In this document: positions 13,035 to 26,060 of the stretch, piece by piece
Position numbering within the stretch: position 1 is the first letter of the stretch
Layout of the letters: each line of letters starts with the position of its first letter
Source: Octopus vulgaris
Taxonomy: Eukaryota
Direction of reading: 5' to 3'
DNA: 64,000 bases
NCBI GenBank assembly: GCA_951406725.2
Contig: OX597831.1
Location: 38,688,001 to 38,752,000 of the forward strand
The notes under the pieces: generated by a model
What the model saw: only the letters and a program-made list of their open reading frames with translations
The model's database searches: none
Told to the model about the DNA's origin: nothing
Made by a program: the position numbers and the translations under genes

Positions 13035-13715
13035 AGACGCATTAGGTAATATAGTAGAGATATATCACCATTAGAATCCTTTTAATCTGTGTTTACTTAA
13101 TCGGGGCTGACTTGGGGCCAAACAACAAATAAGATTATTAATATTTGTCTATCTTTATTTGCAACATGTTGCTAAGATGTCGAGTAGTTTGTGTAATATT
13201 ATCCTCCAACATATTGTTGAAGTATGTTCTCAGGCAGTATGTCTAAATTTATTCCGATAACTCGCTGTGATTATTGGCTATTCTCTAGTGATAGCAGACT
13301 AATATGTATTTCCTAAGGATTCACCATATCTTCTCAATTGCTAGAGGAATGTTTGACTTGATAACCTCAACCAACCAACAAATTAAACATCTGGTTATCG
13401 CACTTCTGTGTAATAGACGTTAGATGCTTAAACTGAGATAAAGATTATGGCCTTCAAAATGAAACGTTGAAAGAATGTTGCTTCGGATTTCGTATACAGA
13501 AAACGTGGAATTAACAAGAACGATCAGAAAAAAAATATGCTAGATTTATTGCAAATGTTGAAAGCGTTCTACCAATTGTCAATGTACAAATCTTGTTGTG
13601 TAACTCGAGAACATGGCACCCAACAACTTAGCGAATAATATGCTTATTTACGAACAATCACTTCCCACCAGGTAGAATGGAAATACGATCAGTAATTGAA
13701 AAGAATTACGGTATA

Positions 13716-13792
13716 ATGTATGTATGTATGTATGTATGTATGTATGTATGTATGTATGTATGTATGTATGTATGTGTGTGTGTATGTATGTG

Positions 13793-13831
<39 letters not shown>

Positions 13832-13950
13832 GTGTGTGTATATATATGTATATATATATGTGTGTGTGTGTGTGTGGGTGTGTGTGTCTATATGTGTGTG
13901 TGCATATATATGTGTATATGTATATGTGTGTATATATATTTATATATAGG
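13716..13950. repeat. (ATGT)n/(TA)n/(TG)n microsatellite
   Basis: Directly visible. Confidence 0.97.
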
Positions 13951-14029
13951 TATATTCTGGTGCCTTTAACTTAAGTACCATATTCATCTGAATCTAAATT
14001 TTTACTGAACCTACATATATTATATATAT

Positions 14030-14082
14030 GTGGAGGCGCAATGGCCCAGTGGTTAGGGCAGCGGACTCGCGGTCGTAGGATC
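14030..14082 (+). mobile_element. O-family SINE 5' head only
   Basis: gtggaggcgcaatggcccagtggttagggcagcggactcgcggtcgtaggatc, near-identical to the 7613 head. Confidence 0.85.
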
Positions 14083-15099
14083 CCTAAGTAGTTCATGATT
14101 TAATACCTGAAACAAAAGAAAGAATATTTAAATATTGGCAGAATTATTTTTAATTTCTTAGGCAGTAGCACGACTTCTGGGCTAACCTATACACGGGATC
14201 CTATGTGACGATATGTCAGTTATAAACATAACCGTATATAGAGTCTTGAATTGGTTAAAATATTCTAAGTGTCCTGTGAGAATGAGAAAAAACACTGCGA
14301 AAAACAAAGTGTTTCGGGGTAACGTTATTCTATAGTTAACTCCAGGTAACCTACAACGGAGGAAACTCACGATCAAATTCTTTACAACCATGACAGCCTT
14401 TTCATTTTATTTTTCAGAAATTATATAAAAATTAATATGAACTTTCTTTTGTTTATTTATTTTGAAATATGAAATGTGTTTTAGTACGGAAGAACAAAAC
14501 AAACATTGTTTGTTTGTTTACTCTATTATTTTTTGTTCACCGAAAGTTCAGATATTATCGAGTAAAATTATTCGGAATATTATATATTTTATAGGTAAAA
14601 TATAGAAGCATTGTGTGAAAAATATAAGAAATATTTTAGAGATATTTTGAAATCCGAAACAAAGCGTCTTTGCGTTTAAAAAAATGTAATACACAATATT
14701 TCCATAAAATATAAATTTATCAAAAAGCGGTGACAAAGAAAATATATAATACGAAAACGACACACACTTTTGTAAGATGGAAACCTGTTATGTAAGAGAA
14801 GTAAACATAGAGTCGTGTGAAGCACTAGAATTTATCGATCGTCAACATGTCTCAGATGTATCATAAAGATATGATGAACACGTCCATCGGGTATAAACCC
14901 CCTTTCCAGTTTCATCATCAACACCAGCAATGTCATATTTCACAAACCAACAAAGTTTCTTGTTTATGCCGGCTACATCGCATTTTAGCACAAAATATAA
15001 ATTCTGTTGTTCACTTCTTGGTCTGCATTTAAACGTTATCATTTAAAATCTTTGTTTGATACGAGTATGGCTACTATTATTAATAATGTATTATCCTTT

Positions 15100-15430
15100 A
15101 TCACTTACGTGTTTCATTTATCTGAATGCAGCATTCCTGGGACACCACATTGAAGGGTTATGTCGTACAAGTCGATACTTAATATACCGGCCCCTTTTGC
15201 CGAAATGCTAAGTTACCGGGACATAAACTGGCCAACACTGGCAGTCAAATGGTTGTTAGCGTCAAACACAAACATATGCACATATATAGCATGGCCTTCC
15301 ACTCAATTCTTGTCTACCAAATTTACTCACGAAGACTTACTAGCTTGAAGCTATAGTAAAAGACACTCGCCCAAAGTGCTGCGCAGTGTAATTGAAACCG
15401 ACGCAAGCGTGAAGCAATGTGAACTTTTTA
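15100..15430 (-). mobile_element. Degenerate C-family SINE
   Basis: ttttgccgaaatgctaagttacc, gtctaccaaatttactcac, gctatagtaaaagacactcgcccaa. Confidence 0.75.
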
Positions 15431-15829
15431 ACACCGATTCCATCTTTGATCAGGTATACCGACACTCGAAGACATACTTACGTAAAAATTTCGTCGTTTG
15501 AAATTTGATTTGAAGGAAACTGTTTTGCTATTTTTAGCAGGTTATGTTATAAACCTTAAATAACGATCAATGTTATTTCTCCTTGAAAAAAACAACATAA
15601 CCGTATTCCTTTAGCAGTGAATGGAGTTTAGGATTCCTGTGATATTTGCAAATGTGAAAGACTTAGATAAAAAAATTCGGTGCTTCTCTATTGAAGGGAC
15701 GATTTAGATATCTTTATAATCTCAATGGCATTTCCTCCTTTGAATTTAAAAAAAAAAAATAATAAACGCCCTTAATTCCTTGCGGTAACGATTTCCATAT
15801 GCGTAAATATATATATATATATATATAGT

Positions 15830-16895
15830 AAGGAAAAATTTTTTCCCGTTACGTAAACGAGTAACGGTGCATAAAGAACAAATAAATCTCCCGGAATACC
15901 GACAAATTCCACTGAGTGACCACTTAGACTCATGTGCCAAAGACTTAAACCCCAAATTCTATATATTCCCCTTCTACCAATGTAAAGACGGGATCACCAC
16001 ACAGGAGAGAATTAACAAGGAGAATCTCTTTATTGAAAAATTCCAAACACAACTTAATATGCAAACTCCTCGTTGATCAAACTTCCTTCCTCTACCTCAC
16101 TCTTCATGGATGGACTAACACAAATATATAAAGATACCATGCATTCACCACTTCAAGCTAAAACTTATATTCTTTAAATATCATTTTCACTATTGTTGTT
16201 GTTACTACTATCATTTTTATTATAAATGATATGACAATTTGAAATGCAATTGTCTATGCAGTTTTATATTATTAGAAAATAATATAAATAAAGTGTTAAA
16301 ATCTGAAAGTTAAGTTAACAAGCAATTATATATAAAAAAGATAATGCAAATGAAGCTAAAATGATAGTTTTATAATTTGGGTTTTATTGAAGAACTCAAA
16401 AGAGTTTTCTCCCCTTACTCACAACACAGGAACTGAAGAACCAGGACCACAATTACTACTACTTCCTGTCCTGCAACATGCTGTATTCAACAACACAACA
16501 CATCACATGCTCTTAATCCCTTTGGATCTTAACACCTCAAGGTAACTTTTTGGTAAACAACCATAAAACTCAAGATACACAACGAACTCACAATGTATCG
16601 GAGAACTTATTTTTTAATTTTTGTACATTTTTATCATTATTCTTTTACAAAAAACATTGCAATTTTCTTTTTTTCCCCTTTCTAATTTTCAAAAAAACTT
16701 CTTAAAACATAAATATTCTTGACAAGTCATACATTGACGAAAACCGGTTGAATAAATATATATATTTATATATTTTATCATTTTCTCATTTTATTAAAAT
16801 TTTATTTCATTTGAGCATCCTGCATTTTTAAAAAAATTTTTCCTTACTTATCATTTCTCCACGTGCGGTCAACACAACCCCACCATTTATTGATC
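15830..16895 (+). mobile_element. Penelope-like element 3' fragment: GIY-YIG endonuclease C-terminus (to stop at 16076) plus terminal repeat, between (TA)n tracts
   Basis: LRKRVTVHKEQI...HLDSC...FYIFPFY...RINKENLFIEKFQTQLN fits the PLE GIY-YIG C-terminal pattern (R..H, E..FI....P.LN); downstream hammerhead-like motif. Confidence 0.8.
16714..16754 (+). ncRNA. Type I minimal hammerhead-like ribozyme, U3-A8 core variant with one extra A
   Basis: tattc-TTGACAA-gtca(tacat)tgac-GAAA(A)-ccgg-TT-gaata: stems I and II pair, stem III region palindromic (accggt). Confidence 0.55.
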
Positions 16896-16913
16896 TATAT
16901 ATATATATTTATA

Positions 16914-16945
<32 letters not shown>

Positions 16946-17079
16946 CATATATATATACATATATATATACATATATACATATATATATACATATATACAT
17001 ATATATACATATATACATACATATATACACACATACATACATGCATACATACCAAATGCATGCGTATCTATGTGCATAT

Positions 17080-17128
<49 letters not shown>

Positions 17129-17170
17129 CATACATACATATACGCAAACAAACACACGCACATATATCTA
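16896..17170. repeat. (TA)n/(TACA)n microsatellite
   Basis: Directly visible. Confidence 0.95.
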
Positions 17171-17393
17171 TATAGTTTATAGATTAGAGACAAGTATTTT
17201 CTGTATAGAACACACCTCGTAGTGCTCAAGAGATTTATATATCTTGAACAGGTAGAGGACTAAATGTATGGAGAAGCAAGTCAGGCGAGACGATATATAA
17301 AAAATATTAAATACGTTTAATACAAAAATATACATATGTTTACATATAAAAAGGTCTGACTTACAATAGAAATGATGTCAAGAATTAAAGGGG

Positions 17394-17436
<43 letters not shown>

Positions 17437-17443
<7 letters not shown>

Positions 17444-17926
17444 GAGTGTATTTTACCTTGTTAACAATTAACACGGATAAATGAATGAATAGTTACCAGG
17501 GCAGCAAAAATCTCACAAGTAAAGATGTTGTAACTCCTTGTTTATAAAGGTTGAAACTTCGTGTTTACGTTGAATATTTGAATAATAGGAATAAAAAATG
17601 GAGTTAACGCAGGTTTAAACAAGTATTTTTTCTTTCTACATATGTTTCAAAAATTCCACTGATACTTATTCAAAAGAATAAAAGGTATAAACAATGCAAT
17701 CTTCTCTTCTATTAATATTAATAGCGTTCTCTCTATCGCTATACGAATCCATCATTTTTTGCTAAAATGTCGTATTGACAAGTTTCGTTTTTTCACTTTC
17801 CCGAAGAGAAGATTGCATTGTTTATACCTTTTATTCTTTTGAATAAGTATCAGTGGAATTTTTGAAACATATGTAGAAAGAAAAATACTTGTTTAAACCT
17901 GCGTTAACTCCATTTTTTATTCCTAT
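17437..17926. mobile_element. PLE-type terminal-repeat unit with near-perfect ~124-bp inverted repeat (17585-17709 / 17803-17926), flanked by (TA)n
   Basis: Arms are reverse complements apart from one homopolymer indel; right arm carries a hammerhead fold. Confidence 0.8.
17796..17880 (+). ncRNA. Type I hammerhead-like ribozyme with long stem II (U4 to C variant)
   Basis: ctttc-CCGAAGA-gaagattgcattg...cagtggaattttt-GAAA-catatg-TA-gaaag; palindromic stem III, GUA cleavage triplet. Confidence 0.6.
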
Positions 17927-18041
17927 ATATATATATATATATATATAATTTACATTTCCGTTAATGTAAGATCAATAAAAATATTTTGAATCCAGTGAGA
18001 TAACTGTCAAATACACGCAAAAATACATACACTCCTTGACT

Positions 18042-18100
<59 letters not shown>

Positions 18101-18124
18101 GTATGTATGTATATGTTGTTATTA

Positions 18125-18167
<43 letters not shown>

Positions 18168-18707
18168 CATATTATTATTAAAAATTCCATTGAAAAGCAT
18201 CTGTTCCTTACAAGACATAATTAATTAAAAATACCAATTAATAACTGATAATTATTTTACTTTATCCTCTCAGTGGGACGCACAGAGATATACTTCATAT
18301 TTGCAAGATGATATTAATTAGATGTATGCTAATAATCTGATGTAAAACCAGATGTTAATTAGCGGTGAACGTACAAGTGAATTTTGCTTTTAAATTTCGG
18401 ATAGATACATATACGGATTGCCTTACATGAAAAGTATGCTTCAAATCGACGTTGCTAATTGTACGTTGCTATTGTGAGAAACATCAGTCAGTCACAGAAT
18501 AGTATGATATATAAGATACATATAAATGGGTATCTCATTCAATGCCCAACAAAAGGCCGATGCATTGCGATTCAAATCTCCTAAACGGAAATTATGCGAT
18601 ACAAACACTTATACAAGCACACACGAACTAATACACACGCACACAGACATATATATCCGTACGGGATGCATACGTACATAGTATACTTCAGTGTGTGTGT
18701 GTGTGTT

Positions 18708-18768
18708 CTTGAGCAAAACACTTCATTTCATGTTGCTCTACAACATGAACTAAAATGTTTTGCTCAAG
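18708..18768. repeat. 61-nt hairpin made from two convergent SINE CORE-like fragments
   Basis: cttgagcaaaaca/tgttttgctcaag (13 bp) plus ttcatgttg/caacatgaa (9 bp), 5-nt loop. Confidence 0.8.
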
Positions 18769-18969
18769 TTCACAATGCACCACTCGGTCCATGAAATGAA
18801 ACCCTGTTCGCGCCATCATGAATGCAACGCTAAGGACTAGACCATACGCCTCATACGCCGCTCAGATTACACGAATCCCTTGCTTAAAGGCGTCTCAGTC
18901 GTCATTCTCCCATAACGTTGAATGTCTTGGACTAAATTGTTACATATATACATCACTATGTATAATCAT

Positions 18970-19295
18970 GTGGAGGCACAATGGCCCAGTGGTTAGGACA
19001 GCGGACTCGCGGTCGGTTGATCGCGGTTTCGATAACCAGACTGGGCGTTGTGTGTGCTTATTGAGCGAAACCAACCTAAAAGCTCCACGATGCTGCGGCA
19101 GTGGGTAGTGACGCCCCCTGTTGTACTCTTTCGCCCCAACTTTCTCTCACTCTTCCTTCCTGTTTCTTGAGTAACGCTGCGATGGACTGGCGTCCCGTCC
19201 AGCTGGGGAGGGGGTAACACATTCGCCATTTGAAACCGGGAAACTGGGCCCATGAGCTTGGCTAGGCTTGAAAAGGGCGCATAAATAAATAATAA
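18970..19295 (+). mobile_element. O-family SINE, alternative 3' module
   Basis: Same head as 7613; then gcgatggactggcgtcccgtccag and (ATAA)n tail; degenerate TSD atgtataatcat / atgtatggtcgt. Confidence 0.9.
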
Positions 19296-20257
19296 ATGTA
19301 TGGTCGTGTTTATGGTCGTATGCTGTGATTTGAGATGTATTTAGTAGATATCTCTAGCTTATCAAATGAACATAAAAGAATGCTCTCTCTAAATGATGTA
19401 TCACCAAATTATACTTATCGCATACTAACACTAACGACTTTCTCTCTCTTTCTCCTTCAATCTCTAAGAAAGTCTTCCACTAAATGATATGGCAATGTAA
19501 ATTATATTCATCATAAACTTTCTTCTCTTCCTCTCTCTCTCTCTGTCTCTCTGTCTCTCTGTTCCTCTTTCTCTCCCCCTGTCTCAGTTATGCACAAATA
19601 TCGGATCGTACACTCGTATTTCGCTCTCCCCGCTCTCTCATTTTCTCCCCCTCTCTCTCTCTCTCAGTCAATTTATATCGAAAACAGACTAAATATTCTG
19701 TAGCAAAGTGACAACTGATATTTAAAGTGTTAATATTTCTTCTTGTGATTTTTTTTTTCTATTAATTATTTTTCTACAATAAAAAAGAGATATTCCTATT
19801 TCATTTTATTCTGCCCGACCAATTTTAGTTCTGCAGTCATTTATGTTAAATTTAATGGTGCTGTATCTGTATAGTTAGTTCAAAAGATTGACTTCAAATT
19901 AGAAAAGAACTAAGAACAAGTGGAAAATATCTTTCAAGTGAAATGACCAAATTAATTTGAAAGTTTAATTAGTTTAAATGTTTCCTAATCTTATTAAATA
20001 TAATTATATCTGACACAAGTCAGATGAAAACATAAATCTGAAAGCAAATGATTCAATATAATTCACTTTTAAAACACATTTCCAAACTTTATGCAAGTAC
20101 AAATTTTCAGCGAGCGTTGAGTGAATGTGTGTACCTGTAACAACGCGTATGTATGTTAGTGTTTGTGTTTGCGTCTGTATAAAGTTTATTTGTGTCTCCA
20201 GCTATTTGCCATAAGCATTTCTAAGTCACTTTGATGATTATTATCAATTGTACTCAA

Positions 20258-20669
20258 GGCGGCGAGCTGGCAGAAACGTTAAGCACGCCGGGCGAAATGT
20301 TTAGCAGTATTTCGCCTGCCGTTACGTTCTGTGTTCAAATTCCGCCGAGGTCGACTTTGCCTTTCATCCTTTCGTGGTCGATTAAATAAGTTCCAGTTAC
20401 GCACTGGGGTCGACGTAATCGACTTAATCCCTTTGTCTGTCTTTGTTTATCCCCTGTATGTTTAGCCCCTTGTGGGCAATAAAGAAATAAGAATTGTTAT
20501 CGCGTTGGACGAAATGCTTAGCGGTATTTCGCCCGTCGCTACGGTCTGAGTTCATATTCCGTCGGGGTCGACTTTGCCTTTCATCCTTTCGGGGTCGATA
20601 AAATAAGTACAAGTGATCTACTAGTCCCCTCCCCTAAATTTTAGGCCTTGTGCCTGTTGTAGAAAGGAT
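20258..20669 (+). mobile_element. M-family SINE dimer
   Basis: Long-tail unit then short-tail unit, as at 4239. Confidence 0.92.
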
Positions 20670-20897
20670 TGTTCATTGAAATCATGTGGGCAGACACTTA
20701 TTTCTCAGCTAAGAACATTGATAGAATTCTCGCTTACTACTGACCACTTAAGGCTATAAATATTCTTGGGTGTTTCTCCTACACAAAATCCCACTTACTG
20801 CAACAATGCACTGTCCTGCACATGTTGCAATAAACATGTACCATAATTATTGATTAGTTAGAAATTATACTCTCGATTATAGTGCCAAACCTAGTTA

Positions 20898-21463
20898 TTG
20901 GGTTGTCCGGAAAGTTCGTGCCGATTTTTAAAGGAAAGAAAAAGGTCAATAAATACTTGCCATTACATTTTTAATCAACCAAATATGAACCATTTTGTTG
21001 CACAATGTGACTCCATCTTTCCTTTAACTTGAAAATACCCTCTTCCCAGAATTGAGGTGGTTTCATGGCAAAGAATTCATCAAGGTATCTTTTTACGCCA
21101 TCCAAGGAATTGAAATTTTTACCATCAAGACTATTCTGCAGAGACCTGAATAAGTGGAAACCCGAAGAAGCAATATCTGCTGAATATGAAGGGTGGGATA
21201 ACACATCCCAGCCGAGCTGCAGCAATTTTTGTCTGGCTCCCAAAGCATCAAATGCCGAAAATGAACTTTCTTCTCTTCCATTTTAAAAGGTTATAAAATT
21301 AACACAGGTTATAGGAACATAAACCTTCTTCCGCGAAAAGATAGCTTAAAGTGTGCGCTAAACTGAGGTGTAGTCAAATCCTAATTTATGGACTCAACCA
21401 TGTCCTAAAATAAGTCGAAAGTTAAGCTACTATAAATCGGCACAAACTTTCCAGACAACCCAA
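20898..21463 (-). mobile_element. Internally deleted mariner (DD34D) element, 566 bp
   Basis: ~30-bp TIRs ttgggttgtccggaaagttcgtgccgattt / aaatcggcacaaactttccagacaacccaa, TA on both sides; N-terminal MEEKKVHFRHLML joined to C-terminal LGWDVLSHPSYSADIASSGFHLFRSLQN...ERWSHIVQQNGSY. Confidence 0.95.
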
Positions 21464-22050
21464 TATTTACTGGTACTTTATTTCGAATTCAGGACAATCT
21501 AAATAAAGCTAACCTCGTGGATTGGGTAATTTCCTTTACAAAACACACCACCTAATAATCGATAAATTAGCCTCACTCTCAGAAAAATGTCGGAGGGGAC
21601 CGATCATAGTATCAGCTCCAGTTCTTCACTGGCACTGAACGTCTTTTAGTTTGTGGGGGTTTTTTTGTTTCCTTTTCGATTTCAGAATAATAGAAAGAGA
21701 ATTAACCTTAATGGCATAATTCAGAACAAGACGTGTATTGGCAGGAATTGGACGCAACTCACAGACTAAAATGGCTTAAGTATTTGTTTTTTTAATCACC
21801 CGTAGGGACGTTAAGATTAGTACACACGATATTTACAGAAGGAGCCGACTATCTGAAATAGCCAACGATCTGTAGGAGCCGACTCTTTGAAATATTCTCT
21901 TGAATATTTCTATTTGCAGAGCCCCATTAGATAAAACATGCAATTCGTAACTATCAATATATTGCAGAATATATTTCAGCATATCGAAAGTCAGAACAGC
22001 TGGATGTTATTACTGTTTATTCCCTGACCAAGTCTTAATACTTAGATATG

Positions 22051-22052
<2 letters not shown>

Positions 22053-22097
<45 letters not shown>

Positions 22098-22188
22098 TAG
22101 ATAGATAGAAAGATAGACAGAGATAGATAGATACATACATATATACATACATATATAGATAGATTGATAGACAGACAGACTGACAGAG

Positions 22189-22254
<66 letters not shown>

Positions 22255-22399
22255 ATAGATAGATAGATACATAGATAGTTAGACAAATAGATAGATAGAA
22301 AGATAGGTAGATAATTAGACAGAATAACATATAGATAAATACATTCATACATACACACATACAAACATACATACAAACATACATGCATACATACATACA

Positions 22400-22431
<32 letters not shown>

Positions 22432-22476
22432 AATATACGTGCATACATACATACATAAATACGTACATACATACAT
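22053..22476. repeat. Compound (TA)/(GA)/(GATA)/(CATA) microsatellite
   Basis: Directly visible. Confidence 0.97.
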
Positions 22477-22871
22477 ACTCGTGGCCACCGCATAGTTTCA
22501 AACTACCAAATCGGCTCTCAAAGCACTTCTCGGCCAGATACCACAGTAGTAAATACCAGCCTTTGAAACTCCAAGTGGGATTGCAAATATCTTGAACATA
22601 AAGACGGTGCTTCAGCATGGCCGCAACTCTGAGCTGAAACTACAGAAAAAAATACAAACACAGAAACCTTTTAGAAAAAATCATCGCTGAAATTAGGTTA
22701 TAAAGCTCTCTTTTGCACTTTTCATGATGTAGTTCTAGACGCACTATGCCGGATTGAATAACAGAATAGCTTTTTACCGAAACACCAGAATATAGGTGTG
22801 CCTGATAGGGATTGGGGTCAAATTAATAAAAGAACTCAGTGTAATAACAACAACAAAAAAAAACAATACTA

Positions 22872-23091
22872 TACTCTTTTACTCTTTTACTTGTTTCAGT
22901 CATTTGACTGCGGCCATGCTGGAGCACCGCCTTTAATCGAGGAACTCGACCCCGGGACTTATTCTTTGTAAGCCCAGTACTTATTCTATCGGTCTCTTTT
23001 TGCCGAACCGCTAAGTAACGGGGACATAAACACACCAGCATCGGTTGTCAAGCAATGCTAGGGGACAAACACAGACACACAAACACACACA

Positions 23092-23130
<39 letters not shown>

Positions 23131-23285
23131 GACGAGCTTCTTTCAGTTTCCGTCTACCAAATCAACTCACAAGGCTTTGGTCAGCCCGAGGCTATAGTAG
23201 AAGACACTTGCCCAAGGTGCCACGCAGTGGGACTGAACCCGGAACCATGTGGTTGGTAGACAAGCTACTTACCACACAGCCACTC
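22872..23285 (-). mobile_element. C-family SINE, well conserved
   Basis: CORE-like ccttgggcaagtgtcttctactatagcctcggg on the minus strand; (AAAAGAGT)n tail. Confidence 0.95.
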
Positions 23286-23494
23286 AACAGTTAGAACAGT
23301 GGCAGCAACATAAAGGTCAGTATCAATGTCATCGTGAAGAACGGTAAGTTTATTAATGCGGAAAATATTGGAATCTGGTAAATGTTGCTGTTTATCTCCT
23401 GAGATAAAAAAAAAAAACGATTTTTGTTACGTTAAGTAACAAAATAGCTGTCTCCAGAATAATCTACAAGTTTTATTCATAACACATGTATGTA

Positions 23495-23544
<50 letters not shown>

Positions 23545-23558
<14 letters not shown>

Positions 23559-24055
23559 CTGTAGTTGTGTGAGTGTCTGTCCCCTTCGATTTAGATTCCT
23601 AACTACTCCCACATTTTGCGGTGCAGTTTAACCAAATTCGGGTATCTTATAGTCGTGATTCCTATCGAGCCCGTCTGAGTATTAGCGCGCGTCTACAATG
23701 AGTCTATGATTTTAAAAATAATTTAACATCATTTTTTATTCCATTTTAATGCATAATTTTTCGTGTGTCGATGGCGGCGGAGTCGGCGTCCATGGTCACA
23801 CCTGCACCTGTTTGCTTCTCCCCCTTCTTCCCTCCCTCGTGAAGCTGTGTGGAAGGGAGTGTAAGGAAATTAACGTCGTAAAGCGTCGTCAAGGATACCA
23901 GCGTTCTTTTAGAACAACGACTTCATGGCTTGAAGACACCAAAACAGAAATGGCTAAGAAAGCCCAAATTGGCATCTATAAGGGAAGTAACTCTCTAAAA
24001 ATACTTATATAGTTATTTTCCTTACAAACCCGAGCAACGCCGGGGATACTGCTAG
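23545..24055 (+). mobile_element. Non-autonomous Helitron
   Basis: 5' tatatataaaaactgtag merged with (TA)n; 3' hairpin cccgagcaacgccggg then CTAG followed by T. Confidence 0.8.
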
Positions 24056-24164
24056 TATATATATAAAAGTATGTATACAAACAGATACATACACATACAC
24101 AGATTCAAACACACACGCACGCACGCACAAGCATACACACACACACACACACACATATAGAGAT

Positions 24165-24188
24165 TGATAGATAGATAGATAGATAGAC

Positions 24189-24265
<77 letters not shown>
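24165..24265. repeat. (GATA)n microsatellite
   Basis: Directly visible. Confidence 0.97.
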
Positions 24266-24398
24266 CATGTGTGTGTGTTAATATGTGAGTCTGTGTGTAT
24301 GTGTATGTACACACACAAGGAAATTCATATATATATATTCTCCGATAAGAAAAAGGAATGCTTATTATATTTTTCATTTCGCTTTCTTATGTGTGCGC

Positions 24399-24458
<60 letters not shown>

Positions 24459-24614
24459 CTTTACCAATTGTATCATCTTAAAACTTATGAATCATTTTAA
24501 TTCTTGAATATAAATTCAATATAAGTATTTATAACGTTTGTCTTTAATAAATTTAATCTTTATAAAATCTTAGTTCATGTCAAATTCCTCTCATTGCAAC
24601 ATATTCTCCCTTTC

Positions 24615-24676
<62 letters not shown>

Positions 24677-24818
24677 CTTTGCGAAATTCATTTTGTTTTT
24701 GCAATTATATACCTGAAATTGTATCAATTACCGCGTAAATTGTTTTAAAACTTAATTAGTTAAGGTCGTTTAGCTGTAGTCATAATGAAAAACTTAGTAG
24801 TTAATAGAATTATATTTA

Positions 24819-25189
24819 TCTCTCTATATATAAACGGCAGTTTGTCTGTGCGTGTTTCTGTGTGTCTGTTTTCTCGTACCCTCACCCTGGCCACGGCTTT
24901 CAACCGATTCTGATGAAACTTGACACACACATAGCCCAATGTCATAATTCAAAACTAACGCAGCGAAAATTTTGAAAAGTTCCCCCAGTTCTGAAAAAAA
25001 TCGATAAAATCGACATGGGGTCGAGAATCAGAAACAAACCACAGACTGTCTAGGGGACGCAACTCAACCTTTTTTAAGTAAAAAAAAAATTTACCATAAT
25101 TTTTTTGCTATTTTTTGGCTATAACTCTCTAAAAATGCTTTATAGTTATTTCCCTTACAAACCTGAGCAACGCCGGGCGATACTGCTAG
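24819..25189 (+). mobile_element. Non-autonomous Helitron, 371 bp
   Basis: A|TC start, subterminal hairpin cctgagcaacgccggg, CTAG|T end, no TSD. Confidence 0.88.
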
Positions 25190-25431
25190 TCAGTAAATAT
25201 ATTTGTGTATATAATTACGCTCAAGTATTTCTTCTGCAACAAAAGACAAAGCAAAAATAAATCAAAACAACCGAAACCCATTTGGCTCATTACATGTTAA
25301 AGATTAGCTATTGGCATCCTGTGCTAAAGAGATACGTATAACGACCACACACTCATCATATATGCGAGCGGGTGAGTGGGTGACATCGTGATGAGGAGGA
25401 GAAGAGAAAGTGTGTATTTGTGTATGTTACA

Positions 25432-25435
<4 letters not shown>

Positions 25436-25517
<82 letters not shown>

Positions 25518-25761
25518 CATGTGTATATCTTGTGGATCTGTGTATATTCATACACACACATACATACAAGCACACGCACAACTGTATGCATTCATATACA
25601 TATATGTATATATGTTTGTGTATATTTGTGCGTGCGCACGTCGGGTGCACATGTAACTTTGGCATTCGAGTACTATTTTTCCACCGTCTTTCGCAGCTAT
25701 GGCTTAGTTGTGTATGCATGTATGTATGTGTGTGTTTGCGCATATATACATACAGACACAA

Positions 25762-25828
<67 letters not shown>

Positions 25829-25957
25829 TATGTATACATATCATATATATATATATGTATACATATACGTATATATATATATATATGTTTGTGTGTGTGT
25901 ATATATATACACACATATATATATGCACATACTCACACATATATATATGTATATACA

Positions 25958-25989
<32 letters not shown>

Positions 25990-26004
25990 TCTCTCTCTCT
26001 CTCT

Positions 26005-26055
<51 letters not shown>

Positions 26056-26060
26056 CATAT
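25436..26060. repeat. Cluster of (TA)n/(CA)n/(CT)n microsatellites
   Basis: Directly visible. Confidence 0.93.

Noticed and set aside
14030-14082. tRNA gene
   Set aside because: SINE head only; no T-arm or acceptor stem. No SINE head in the window forms a complete cloverleaf that I can verify
21839-21895. Short direct repeats aggagccgact..tgaaata (also tatcagcgagcatac at about 53879-53913)
   Set aside because: Two-copy local micro-duplications with no further structure
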